Virus record (IMG/VR): IMGVR_UViG_3300021137_000001
Location: 186,001 to 250,000 of that record
DNA length: 64,000 nucleotides
Direction: 5' to 3' (one strand)
A program made the translations under genes and the position numbers. Below the pieces are notes generated by a model. That model was not told where the DNA came from, did no database searches, and saw nothing but the letters and a program-made list of their open reading frames with translations. Position 1 is the stretch's first letter; each line of letters starts with the position of its first letter. Positions 1 through 9,666 of the stretch are shown piece by piece.

Positions 1-2
1 CA

Positions 3-152
3 TTAGAACTATTAGCAACAGACGAAGCTACACAGGCACGTATTGAGCAAATTGCTCGTACAATGCGTATGGACTTGTTTGCTGTTAGTTGCATGAACAC
101 AACAGCATTACCAGAAGCTGCAAAATTAATTGCTGACGCTTACGGCGCATAA
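3..152 (+). CDS. 3' end of a gene truncated by the window edge (helical, function unknown)
   Basis: Open frame LELLATDEATQARIEQ...DAYGA ends at TAA 150-152 and is followed by a terminator. Confidence 0.7.
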   Translation, partial: LELLATDEATQARIEQIARTMRMDLFAVSCMNTTALPEAAKLIADAYGA

Positions 153-171
153 TTAGTTATATAAGTTTCGC

Positions 172-196
172 AAAAGGGACTTTGGTCCCTTTTTTT
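172..196 (+). terminator. Rho-independent terminator
   Basis: AAAAGGGAC-TTTG-GTCCCTTTTTTT hairpin plus T tract. Confidence 0.85.
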
Positions 197-211
197 ACCT
201 CTAGGATTTCA

Positions 212-442
212 ATGAAAGATTATACAGTTATCATTAAATGGTGTTCAGCAACAATGATTTTATGTGCTATGCCATTGCATATATTAGGCATTACGCCATG
301 GAATAGCATACTACAAATTATCGGTGCTTGCGGTTGGGTATATGTAGGTTTTAAATGGAATGAGAAATCTCTTATTACTAATTTCTTGCCGCAGATTTTT
401 ATGATTATTGCTGGATTAATGTACTTCGCATACTTCAAATGA
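212..442 (+). CDS. Small membrane protein (about 3 TM)
   Basis: Hydrophobic ORF; ATG 212 follows AGGA. The track start at 182 lies inside the terminator. Confidence 0.7.
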   Translation: MKDYTVIIKWCSATMILCAMPLHILGITPWNSILQIIGACGWVYVGFKWNEKSLITNFLPQIFMIIAGLMYFAYFK

Positions 443-975
443 TTATAGCAATTTCGCAAACACAAACTAATATCAATGATACAATTTATGATTGTCTAGA
501 TCCTAGATGGTACAATTTCTTAGACAATCATAAATTGATTCCTATTCCGAATATTATAGATGTACATTTTAATGCAGATATGCTAATATTAACTGGTGGA
601 GAAGATACTCCGGAACGACTAGTAACAGAAACAGCTCTTTTTAATATAGCATTGACAAAAAATATACCTATCCTTGGTATATGCAGAGGTGCATTTATTT
701 TAAACAGTTATTACAATGGCATTAATAGAACAATCACAGGACATAGTAAAACGGAACATGTAATAGAGATGGAAGAAGAAACATTTATTGTTAATAGCTT
801 CCACAGTACATCCATTTACCTAGTAGGCGAGGATATCGAAATTATTGCAACAGCCGACGAATGTGTTGAAGCATATAAACATAAACAATTACCAATTTGG
901 GGACTTTCGTGGCACCCGGAACGAATGGAAGAACCTGTGTTACCAAAAGAGTTAAAGGAGTTATTACTTGTCTAA
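439..975 (+). CDS. Class I glutamine amidotransferase / peptidase C26 (PuuD-like)
   Basis: LTGGED, GICRG nucleophile, VNSFH, WHPE. Confidence 0.85.
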   Translation: MIIAISQTQTNINDTIYDCLDPRWYNFLDNHKLIPIPNIIDVHFNADMLILTGGEDTPERLVTETALFNIALTKNIPILGICRGAFILNSYYNGINRTITGHSKTEHVIEMEEETFIVNSFHSTSIYLVGEDIEIIATADECVEAYKHKQLPIWGLSWHPERMEEPVLPKELKELLLV

Positions 976-1594
976 AATGTTGATTTTAACTGGGCCTCAA
1001 GGTGCCGGAAATCATCTCTGGAGTAAAATATTCAGCTTGCATCCAGAAGTATACGGATGGAAAAGTCTATTAGACAATTACTGGGAAGCACATAGATTTG
1101 CAGAACCATTTTGCGAGCATTGGCGTGACCACAGTAAGTTAGCAGACTTTGATTGGGCGCAAAGCAAATATTTCTTTACAAGTATCAGTTGTCCATTAGG
1201 TATACAAGATAAGAAATGGATGCCTGATGTTGCTGGATTTGTACAGGCAATAGAGCAACAAGGAGTAGAAGTGCAGATTGTTGTGTGTGGGCGTGATCAA
1301 ACTATATTAACCAATCAGCAAACACGTATTAGAGATGAGCACACGTTTCCATTGTTTATGCAACAGCTACCTAAATTTAACAAACCAACATTCCTAAGTT
1401 ATGAATTGTTATATTTGTATAAAGAACAATACTTACACAGTTTATCTCTCAATATACCTATTGCGTGGAATGATCCAACTGTACATACTATTTTAGAAAA
1501 CGATAGTAATGCAAAATATATACACTATGTTGACGATTATATTTTAGATAACTGTAATAAGACGGGTATTCCGCTTAGTGAACTACCAAAATGA
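968..1594 (+). CDS. P-loop / sulfotransferase-like protein, paralog 1
   Basis: N-terminal ILTGPQGAGNH motif; similar to the next ORF; TTG start. Confidence 0.55.
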   Translation: MSKMLILTGPQGAGNHLWSKIFSLHPEVYGWKSLLDNYWEAHRFAEPFCEHWRDHSKLADFDWAQSKYFFTSISCPLGIQDKKWMPDVAGFVQAIEQQGVEVQIVVCGRDQTILTNQQTRIRDEHTFPLFMQQLPKFNKPTFLSYELLYLYKEQYLHSLSLNIPIAWNDPTVHTILENDSNAKYIHYVDDYILDNCNKTGIPLSELPK

Positions 1595-2241
1595 AGAAAC
1601 TATTAATTATTACAGGCCCACAAGGCTCGGGCAATCATTTGTTTAGTCGTGTGTTAAGCACACACCCACAAGTTGGCGGCTGGAAAGAATTGTTAAAACA
1701 ATATTGGGTACCTAGTGACGAAGAACCTTTTGCTAAGTTTTGGGTTAACCCAGACGAACTAACAGCAACACACTTTGAAGGCTATAACTATTGGCTTGCC
1801 AATGTAAGCTGCCCATTCTTTTATGACGGAGTGCGTCATGTACCAAAAATACTCGAAGTAGCAGAGCAAGCACGTGCGTTAGATATTGATGTACAGATTG
1901 CTATTATTGTACGTGATCAAAATATTAACGCAGAACAGCAACAACGTGTACGCAATGAAGTAACATTACCTATCGCACAAAATTACTATTATAATGTGTT
2001 ACTAAACAGCGATTTTCCTATTCATTTCCTCGATAATGAAGCACTTTTCTTACATAAAGAGCACTATTTGAAGTGGATAAGCAAACTCTTAGATTTTCCA
2101 GTGGACTATGCTAATCCTGAGATATTTAAGTTCATAACAGATGACCCAAACGCCAAATATGTTAAGTATGTCGACAAGTATTGGCTAGATGAGCAGGTGT
2201 GGCACGGTGTGCAATCAAAGCAAGCTCGCAGAATTGAATAA
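1591..2241 (+). CDS. P-loop / sulfotransferase-like protein, paralog 2
   Basis: IITGPQGSGNH, SCP, RDQxI..QQxRxR and NAKY shared with the upstream ORF. Confidence 0.55.
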   Translation: MKKLLIITGPQGSGNHLFSRVLSTHPQVGGWKELLKQYWVPSDEEPFAKFWVNPDELTATHFEGYNYWLANVSCPFFYDGVRHVPKILEVAEQARALDIDVQIAIIVRDQNINAEQQQRVRNEVTLPIAQNYYYNVLLNSDFPIHFLDNEALFLHKEHYLKWISKLLDFPVDYANPEIFKFITDDPNAKYVKYVDKYWLDEQVWHGVQSKQARRIE

Positions 2242-2263
2242 ATAACATAAAGAACCTAAACTT

Positions 2264-2797
2264 ATGACCAAAGCAATCTCAGACGTTATACAAAACACAA
2301 AAGAAATATTCATGACTGACAGCAGTTTGAATACTTTACTTGACTTTGAACGAGTATTAGACGAACTCGATCTATACGTGTTTAAACATTGGAAAGAAGG
2401 AGAGTTAGTACAAGGTCCACAATACGAAAAATATTTTGTAACTTGTACATTTATGTGGCCCGCTAAACGTATGCCAGATCCACGTGGCGGAGAGCGTTTA
2501 TTAAGTTATGACTGTGAAGTTTACTATAGTAAAGATATGCTATCATATCCAGTTAAAGTTAAAGACCCAGATGATTTTGAAGCTGGTACTAAAATGCCTA
2601 AATTGAAAAAAGTTCCAGTGTGGCTTGTTAAAATTGTTATGCCTAAAAAACTAATGCAAGAAATACAACAAGGTAGTTTGGAATTAGAAAGCGAAACATT
2701 AGACCTCGAAGATGTAAATCAAGCATATGAAGAAGGTGATGACGCTGCAGAGAATATTCAAGACGATACAACAGGTGAAGAACAAAATGTACAATAA
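2264..2797 (+). CDS. Hypothetical phage protein, acidic tail
   Basis: 177 aa ORF after an ATAAATA motif. Confidence 0.7.
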   Translation: MTKAISDVIQNTKEIFMTDSSLNTLLDFERVLDELDLYVFKHWKEGELVQGPQYEKYFVTCTFMWPAKRMPDPRGGERLLSYDCEVYYSKDMLSYPVKVKDPDDFEAGTKMPKLKKVPVWLVKIVMPKKLMQEIQQGSLELESETLDLEDVNQAYEEGDDAAENIQDDTTGEEQNVQ

Positions 2798-3365
2798 TCA
2801 GCTTAACGAAAACTTAGAAGGTGGCGATTTAAAACGTCTTGTTCACGATGAATTACACATTGATGAATATAAAAGTAAAATGGGCGATGATGCAGATGTC
2901 TGCGTTATTAGCTTTAAAGTATCAGGCAAAGAACCAGCAACAGACTTAGTTAGCTTTATTGAAAAGGGCTATGACTGGGTACTCGATGCTGATGTTAGCT
3001 CAGGTGAGAAAGAGGGTGGCGATTACTTAGTGTTTGTTGAAATCGATCGCACTCCAAATATGCCACAACAAATTTATGATATGATATCAGACCTTGTAAA
3101 CTTAACAGAACAAGATATTTCTGATTGGCGTGTGCTTTATTTTAAATCAAACAAAGAGCATGACTTAACTGTCGAAGCATTAAGTCAAATTATGCCACTG
3201 ACTCCAGCAAAATATCGTGCTAAGTACGAAAAAGATGCTGCAGAAGATGATGCACATGATAAAGAGTTAGATCAACTTAAAACAGCGGCTGGCGTTGATG
3301 TAACTACAACAGCACCAGTAAATGATTTTACAGAAAGTTTAAGACGGGCGGCGGGAATAAAATAA
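2787..3365 (+). CDS. Hypothetical phage protein with C-terminal LxxAAG helices
   Basis: Likely ATG 2787 overlaps the upstream gene; ends ESLRRAAGIK. Confidence 0.7.
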   Translation: MYNNQLNENLEGGDLKRLVHDELHIDEYKSKMGDDADVCVISFKVSGKEPATDLVSFIEKGYDWVLDADVSSGEKEGGDYLVFVEIDRTPNMPQQIYDMISDLVNLTEQDISDWRVLYFKSNKEHDLTVEALSQIMPLTPAKYRAKYEKDAAEDDAHDKELDQLKTAAGVDVTTTAPVNDFTESLRRAAGIK

Positions 3366-3382
3366 CAACGGGATTTTCAATT

Positions 3383-3994
3383 ATGCAAATTACAGCAGAT
3401 CAAATCAAGGTACTATATCCACAGAACAAATATCCAGACGATTTAGCAGAAGTGCTAAACGGAGCATTTGACAAATATCAAATTAATACAGTAAATCGAG
3501 CTGCAGGATTTTTAGCTCAATGTGGGCACGAAAGTAACGGCTTTACTGTATTAAAAGAAAACTTGAATTATAAAGCAGAAGGCTTAAACAAGATTTTTCA
3601 CAAATACTTTCCAACTGTAGAAAGTGCGCAACCATATGCTCACAACCCAGAAGCAATTGCTAATCGCATATATGCTGGACGTATGGGCAATGGTAATGAA
3701 CAATCAGGAGATGGTTATAAATTTCGTGGTCGTGGCGCTATTCAGCTTACTGGGCGTGATAGTTATACACAGTTTGCACAAAGCATGGGTGTAGACTTAG
3801 ATACTTGTATCGGCGATATGGAAACATTAGATGGTGCGTTGGAATCAGCTATGTGGTTTTGGAATACACACGGACTAAATGATATATGCGATCGTGATAA
3901 CATTGTTGCTATGACTAAACGTGTAAATGGCGGTACTATCGGGTTAGAAGAGCGTATTGCAAATTATAAAAAAGCCAAAGCGTTGCTATCATAA
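3383..3994 (+). CDS. GH19 (chitinase-like) endolysin
   Basis: FLAQCGHES, ENLNY, FRGRGAIQLTG, TKRVNGG motifs. Confidence 0.92.
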   Translation: MQITADQIKVLYPQNKYPDDLAEVLNGAFDKYQINTVNRAAGFLAQCGHESNGFTVLKENLNYKAEGLNKIFHKYFPTVESAQPYAHNPEAIANRIYAGRMGNGNEQSGDGYKFRGRGAIQLTGRDSYTQFAQSMGVDLDTCIGDMETLDGALESAMWFWNTHGLNDICDRDNIVAMTKRVNGGTIGLEERIANYKKAKALLS

Positions 3995-4473
3995 TGTGGA
4001 TACTACATTTCCTGCCCGACAGTTTAATACAGTTAGTTGTGATAGCAACTATGTGTACTGGTGCGGGCTTATACATATTAGGTTTATTCATTAACTTTGT
4101 GCCACCAGCACTTCCGTACAGAGAACCCATTCGCATTGTTGGCTCTGCATTATTAATAGCAGGCATATACTTTTATGGTGGTTACTCTGCTGAAATGCAG
4201 TGGCGTGGGCGAGTAGCTGAATTGCAGGCAAAAGTAGCAGTGGCAGAGGCGCAAAGTAAAGAAGCTAACGATGCAATAACAACTAAAGTAGTTGAAAAAA
4301 TCAAAGTCGTACATGATATCAAAGTTATAACCAAAGAAGTAATACATTCAATTGCTTCTCAAATCGATGCTGAATGTAGAATTACTCCAGAAGTAATTAC
4401 TATATTAAATGCATCAGCACATAATGTAGTACCTACAATAGACTTAACTATTCCAAAGGAGGAAGTAAAATGA
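3994..4473 (+). CDS. Inner-membrane spanin (Rz-like)
   Basis: N-terminal TMs then coiled coil; follows the endolysin and precedes a lipoprotein. Confidence 0.65.
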   Translation: MWILHFLPDSLIQLVVIATMCTGAGLYILGLFINFVPPALPYREPIRIVGSALLIAGIYFYGGYSAEMQWRGRVAELQAKVAVAEAQSKEANDAITTKVVEKIKVVHDIKVITKEVIHSIASQIDAECRITPEVITILNASAHNVVPTIDLTIPKEEVK

Positions 4474-4736
4474 AACGTTTACTAATTCTAATTCCTTTTC
4501 TATTTTTAATAGGTTGTGATGATGTGCCAGTCACAACAACATGGCCCGAGGTTCCAGCAGAGCTTAAAACTGCTTGTCCTGGATTACAAGATGTTAAGGA
4601 AGGTACAGTTAAATTAAGTGAAGTACTTGATATTGTTGTTGAAAACTATAGTCAATATCATACATGTCAGATTAAAGTTGATGCCTGGATTGAATGGTAT
4701 AATGCTCAGAAAAAAATACAAGAGGGATTAAAATGA
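4470..4736 (+). CDS. Outer-membrane spanin lipoprotein (Rz1-like)
   Basis: Lipobox FLIGC, Pro-rich WPEVP..CP, conserved-looking Cys. Confidence 0.7.
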   Translation: MKRLLILIPFLFLIGCDDVPVTTTWPEVPAELKTACPGLQDVKEGTVKLSEVLDIVVENYSQYHTCQIKVDAWIEWYNAQKKIQEGLK

Positions 4737-5134
4737 AAAAACTATTACTAATAGCGGTATTGACATCATTAAATGGGTGTGCATTAATTAGTGCATACAA
4801 TATGGCACATTTTGATAATAATGAATATGCACTAGTCAATAATGTTCGTACTACTGCTAATATCGGATTAACTAAATGCGGTACAGCAGACGAAATTGCG
4901 ATAGTAGATAGCTTGTACTATACAACAGAAGAATTAAAGAACTACTCAGCTGGTATTGGGAACAATGAGTTAACTGTAAAAATGACAACAAGTTTAGCTG
5001 TCATAGTAGCTGGGTTAGAAACTAGGTATCACGGTGATGAACCAGTTAGTCCAGCATATTGTAAAATTAAATTAGAAAGTATTGAAAAAGATGCAAAAGC
5101 AATTCAAACAGCGATAGGAGCTAAACCAAGATGA
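4733..5134 (+). CDS. Lipoprotein in lysis cassette
   Basis: Signal peptide with lipobox SLNGC. Confidence 0.7.
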   Translation: MKKLLLIAVLTSLNGCALISAYNMAHFDNNEYALVNNVRTTANIGLTKCGTADEIAIVDSLYYTTEELKNYSAGIGNNELTVKMTTSLAVIVAGLETRYHGDEPVSPAYCKIKLESIEKDAKAIQTAIGAKPR

Positions 5135-5373
5135 ACGATTTATTACAAGCATTAGCAGGTGTAGATCAACCTGATGTTGCAAACTTTACACAACAAGCAG
5201 TGCAACTTAAAAATTTATTAGAATCTAATTCACTTAATAGTGACGAGTACCAAGAACTTATGAGTGATTTAAGTCAAACAGCGCAAATTGCATCTGCAGC
5301 AGTTGATTTGCAAGTACAAGCTGCAATTAATCAAGTACTCAATGGATTGGTTGCTATCGCTGGAGCAGTATAA
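5131..5373 (+). CDS. Small helical hypothetical protein
   Basis: 80 aa, ATGA-coupled, SD GGAG. Confidence 0.7.
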   Translation: MNDLLQALAGVDQPDVANFTQQAVQLKNLLESNSLNSDEYQELMSDLSQTAQIASAAVDLQVQAAINQVLNGLVAIAGAV

Positions 5374-5378
5374 CCATC

Positions 5379-6179
5379 ATGGCAAGAACTACTAGAAGAA
5401 AAACAAAAAAAGTAGTCATTGACCAAACTGGAGCAGTAGATGAAGAACATTGGATGAACAGTAAATGGCGTCCGATGATGGGTTGGATGTACATGGCGAT
5501 ATGTTTATTTGATTTTATGATTGCTCCTATTTTATGGTCGTTAATACAGGCATATTTTCACGGTGGTATTGCTACTCAATGGCAACCATTGACATTGCAA
5601 GGTGCTGGATTATTCCATCTTGCTATGGGTGCAGTAATTGGCATTAGCGCATATGGTCGTACACAAGAAAAACTAAATGGCGCAGAAGGTGGTGGACTAG
5701 GTAGTGCGCCTGCTCCTAATTATGGCAGTTTTGGACCCAACGCCGGCACAACGTATGTTCCGCCAAATCAAATGAATAATAACAATGGCATGGGCAATAA
5801 TGGTATGAACGGCATGGGCAATAATGGTATGAACAGTAGCGGGTTTGGTGGAAGCACTGGCAGTTCGAATGGTTTTGGCAGTAGTGCTGGTGGATTTAAT
5901 AGCCCACTACCAGCAAGTACTGGCTTTGGTGGTGGCTTTGGAAGTACCACACCTCCTCCTGCAAGTGGATTTGGTAGTGGGTTCAATAGTCCGACACCTG
6001 CAAGCACTGGATTTAGTAGTCCGTCATCTGTGTCGACTCCGGCAGTTAATAGTACATTACCGCCAGCAGCAATTACTCCTGCTATGGCAGCTGCAAATGT
6101 CAATCCGGTAGATCCAAGTACAGTACCATTGGCAGATCCAACTGTAGACCCTAATAAACCACTACGTCGTGCAAAATAA
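5379..6179 (+). CDS. Holin (3-TM, GTA-type) with long low-complexity C-terminal tail
   Basis: WRPMMGW...GAVIGISAYGRTQEK signature; located in the lysis cassette. Confidence 0.75.
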   Translation: MARTTRRKTKKVVIDQTGAVDEEHWMNSKWRPMMGWMYMAICLFDFMIAPILWSLIQAYFHGGIATQWQPLTLQGAGLFHLAMGAVIGISAYGRTQEKLNGAEGGGLGSAPAPNYGSFGPNAGTTYVPPNQMNNNNGMGNNGMNGMGNNGMNSSGFGGSTGSSNGFGSSAGGFNSPLPASTGFGGGFGSTTPPPASGFGSGFNSPTPASTGFSSPSSVSTPAVNSTLPPAAITPAMAAANVNPVDPSTVPLADPTVDPNKPLRRAK

Positions 6180-6216
6180 TTAGTCACATTAAATAATCAT
6201 TAAATAAAAGGAGAGC

Positions 6217-6245
6217 TTGACAGTTTTCCTTTTTTCACATATAAT
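6217..6245 (+). promoter_or_regulatory. Sigma70-type promoter for dnaJ-clpA
   Basis: TTGACA-N17-TATAAT. Confidence 0.8.
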
Positions 6246-6252
6246 AACTACT

Positions 6253-7092
6253 ATGACAGATGCATATAAAACATTAGGCGTTGCTCGTGACGCAACAGAA
6301 GACGAGATTAAGAAAGCATATCGAGGCATGGCAAGTAAACATCACCCAGACAAGGGTGGCGATACTGCTAAGTTTCAAGAGGTGCAATCAGCTTACGAAA
6401 CGTTAACTGACCCAAACAAACGTCACGTACATGATAATCCACAACAATACAATCGTGGCCCACATGGTGGCGATAATAATTTCCATGAATTTAGCTTTAA
6501 TACAGGTGGCAACCCACATGATATTTTCAGTCAATTCTTTAGTCAACGTGGCGGGAATCCATTTCAACAACAAGCTCAACCCAGACGTAATAAAGATCTA
6601 CGCATAAACATCACAATTACATTAGCAGAAACACTAACGGGGCAGAAGAAAACAGTTAGCGTAACAACTACTAAGCAAGATAAGTTTAATGTTGATGTCA
6701 ATATCCCACAAGGTGTTGCGAATGGTACAACAATTAAGTACACACAGCTTGGGGATAACTTCTTTGAGTCATTGACACGCGGCGATTTGTATGTTATAAT
6801 TAATGTTATAGAGGATAGCAGATTTGAGATACACGGTATCAATTTAGTTGCTAACTTAGAAATTACTTCAATAGAAGCAATGACAGGTACAGAAAAAGAA
6901 GTACAAGGAATTGATGGTAACACGTTTTTAATTAAGATTCCAGTGGGATGTCAGTTTGGTACTAAGTTTGGTTTACAAGGTAAAGGCTTGTATCAAATGA
7001 ATACGCAACACAGAGGTGATTTAATTGTTAATACCGTAATTAAAACTCCAGTATTAACAGAAGCACAGATAGAAATACTTAAAACAATTTAA
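6253..7092 (+). CDS. dnaJ: DnaJ/CbpA-type co-chaperone (no zinc finger)
   Basis: J domain with HPD, G/F-rich linker, C-terminal GDLYV/GDLIV domains. Confidence 0.92.
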   Translation: MTDAYKTLGVARDATEDEIKKAYRGMASKHHPDKGGDTAKFQEVQSAYETLTDPNKRHVHDNPQQYNRGPHGGDNNFHEFSFNTGGNPHDIFSQFFSQRGGNPFQQQAQPRRNKDLRINITITLAETLTGQKKTVSVTTTKQDKFNVDVNIPQGVANGTTIKYTQLGDNFFESLTRGDLYVIINVIEDSRFEIHGINLVANLEITSIEAMTGTEKEVQGIDGNTFLIKIPVGCQFGTKFGLQGKGLYQMNTQHRGDLIVNTVIKTPVLTEAQIEILKTI

Positions 7093-7106
7093 TAAGTGAG
7101 GCACAC

Positions 7107-9419
7107 ATGGCAATTAATTCCAATCCTGAGATCGAAGAAATCATTGCGTCAGCTACAGAGTTAGCACGTGACTACAGGCATGAATACGTAACATTAGAGC
7201 ATTTGTTGATTGCATTAATTGAGTTTAGATCATTTAAAAAGTTACTAACTGAATACGGTGTTGATACTGCTCCGTTGCTAACAGACTTGTACGAGTATAC
7301 CGCACAGCAACATCACATTGTTGACTTAACAGACACAGAGAAAGAAATTGTTCCACAACGTACACACAGCTTAGAACGTGTGTTTAATCGTGCATTTACG
7401 CAGGTATTGTTTACAGCACGTGAGCAAATGGAGCCGGTTGATTTGTTCCTAAGCATCAGCCAAGAAACTAATAGTCACGCCGCTTACTTTATGCTTAAAT
7501 GGGGTATTGTTCGTAAAGACTTAGTTAAGTATTACGCTGAAAAATACATCGACAAAGGTGCTAAAGCGAAAGATCCAAAAATTAAGCAAGATTATGCAGA
7601 TGCAATTTTAGAAGAGTATTGCACAAACTTAAATGCAGTTGCTACTGATGGTAAGATTGATCCGGTTATTGGTCGCGAGTTCGAATTAGAAGAGATTGCG
7701 CAAGTACTTGCACGTCGACATAAATCAAACGTATTGATGATTGGTGATCCGGGTGTAGGTAAAACTGCTATTGCAGAAGGACTTGCATACAAAATCGTTA
7801 ACGGTGATGTACCAGCTTACTTGAAACCATACACAGTCTACAACTTAGAGATTGGTAGTTTACTTGCAGGTAGTAAATATCGCGGCGAGTTTGAAGAAAA
7901 ACTTAAAGATGTATTGGGTGCGCTTAATGAAAAGGGTAATGCAATTCTATTCATTGATGAAGCACATCAAATGCAAGGTGCTGGCGCAGGTAGTTCAAGC
8001 AGTGTAGACTTTGCTAATATGCTTAAACCAGCATTAGCCAAAGGTGGCATTAAAGTTATTGCAAGTACTACATACGAAGAATACACACAATCGTTTGAAA
8101 AAGATCGTGCATTAATGCGTCGTTTCTATAAACTAAACATTGATGAGCCAAGCCCAGAAGTAGCTAAAGATATTTTACTTGGACTTAAAGGACACTTTGA
8201 ACAATTTCATAATGGTGTAATTTTAGATGAAGCAATTGAACTTGCTGTTGATTTAAGTGTACGTTATCAAACAGACAAACGTTTACCTGATAAAGCCATT
8301 GACTTGATTGATATGAGTTGTGCTCGTCTTAAAATTAACAATCCAACTTGGGTTGTTGGTGCAGACGACATTATCGAAACACTTGCTAAAGCAACTAAGA
8401 TTCCAAAAGAGAACTTTGATAGCAAACATGCATCGACTTCATTGCCAAGTTTAGAAAGCAATATTAAAGATAAACTATACGGACAAGATAGTGCTGTTGA
8501 CGCAGTACTTGAGAAGATTTATGTTGCTAAGGCTGGTTTAAAAGCACACAACAAACCAATTGGTAACTTCTTATTCTTAGGCCCAACCGGTACAGGTAAA
8601 ACAGAGTTAGCTAAATTGCTTAGTGAAAACTTAGGTATGAAATTAATCCGCTTTGATATGAGTGAATACCAAGAGAAGCATGCAATGGCTAAACTTATTG
8701 GTGCTCCTCCGGGCTATGTTGGGTACGAAGATGGTAACTTAGGCGGCGGCTTGTTAATCAGTGAAGTCGAACGTAACCCACATTCAATTATCTTATTAGA
8801 TGAAATTGAAAAAGCTCACCCAGACATTAGTAACTTGTTGTTGCAAATTATGGACGAAGGCACAATTACTGGTAGTAACGGTAAGAAAGCGGATTGTCGC
8901 AATGCTATGCTAGTGCTAACAAGTAACTTAGGTTCAGCAGACAACGAGCAAAACAACATTGGCTTTGGGCGCGAGTTGCAAAAGTCAGGCGAAGATGATA
9001 GTGCTGTTAAAAAGTTCTTCAAACCAGAGTTTCGCAATCGTTTAGATGCAGTGGTTAAGTTTAACGGACTAGATAAGATTAGCATGAAGAAGATTGTTGT
9101 TAAATTCTTAAACGAGCTTAATGAATTACTAGCAGAGAAATCAATTAAACTACGTTCATCTGAAGCATTAGTCGATCACTTAGTCGAAGTTGGATTTGAC
9201 AGAGCAATGGGCGCACGTCCTTTAGCACGTAAGATTAGCGAGCTAATTAAAGTGCCATTAAGTAAAAAAATACTGTTTGAAAACATTAGTGTCGGTAGTA
9301 CAATTACGGCAGACTATAGCAACGAAGCAGTTGAGTTTATTGTTGTAGAACCAATTGATGAAATTGCATTATTGGAAAACAAAACAGTTGACGATAATGG
9401 CTTTATTATAGTAGAATAA
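7107..9419 (+). CDS. clpA: ClpA-type AAA+ chaperone
   Basis: Clp N-domain (HEYVTLEHLL), Walker A GDPGVGKT and GPTGTGKT, IGF ClpP-docking loop. Confidence 0.93.
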   Translation: MAINSNPEIEEIIASATELARDYRHEYVTLEHLLIALIEFRSFKKLLTEYGVDTAPLLTDLYEYTAQQHHIVDLTDTEKEIVPQRTHSLERVFNRAFTQVLFTAREQMEPVDLFLSISQETNSHAAYFMLKWGIVRKDLVKYYAEKYIDKGAKAKDPKIKQDYADAILEEYCTNLNAVATDGKIDPVIGREFELEEIAQVLARRHKSNVLMIGDPGVGKTAIAEGLAYKIVNGDVPAYLKPYTVYNLEIGSLLAGSKYRGEFEEKLKDVLGALNEKGNAILFIDEAHQMQGAGAGSSSSVDFANMLKPALAKGGIKVIASTTYEEYTQSFEKDRALMRRFYKLNIDEPSPEVAKDILLGLKGHFEQFHNGVILDEAIELAVDLSVRYQTDKRLPDKAIDLIDMSCARLKINNPTWVVGADDIIETLAKATKIPKENFDSKHASTSLPSLESNIKDKLYGQDSAVDAVLEKIYVAKAGLKAHNKPIGNFLFLGPTGTGKTELAKLLSENLGMKLIRFDMSEYQEKHAMAKLIGAPPGYVGYEDGNLGGGLLISEVERNPHSIILLDEIEKAHPDISNLLLQIMDEGTITGSNGKKADCRNAMLVLTSNLGSADNEQNNIGFGRELQKSGEDDSAVKKFFKPEFRNRLDAVVKFNGLDKISMKKIVVKFLNELNELLAEKSIKLRSSEALVDHLVEVGFDRAMGARPLARKISELIKVPLSKKILFENISVGSTITADYSNEAVEFIVVEPIDEIALLENKTVDDNGFIIVE

Positions 9420-9476
9420 TTTATGTGCATATTTGCCGTGATAAATAATTATATACAGTTATTATGAGGATATATC

Positions 9477-9641
9477 ATGGCAAAGTTACACGAAGAAGTA
9501 GTGATTATTAAAGTTAGTACGTTACTTAAAGATGATGCAGCTGCTTCAACTATCTTATCAGCTGACATATTAGCTAGTTTAGAAGCAGTAGTACAAGAAC
9601 TTGCTGGTGCAGGCGCACTAGTAGAAATTACAGTAGCATAA
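9477..9641 (+). CDS. Small hypothetical protein (54 aa, not in the ORF track)
   Basis: GAGGA SD, ATAAATA at 9441, MAKLHEEVVIIKVSTLLKD...VEITVA. Confidence 0.75.
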   Translation: MAKLHEEVVIIKVSTLLKDDAAASTILSADILASLEAVVQELAGAGALVEITVA

Positions 9642-9666
9642 TTCAATTTAAAAAGAGAGATTTTCA

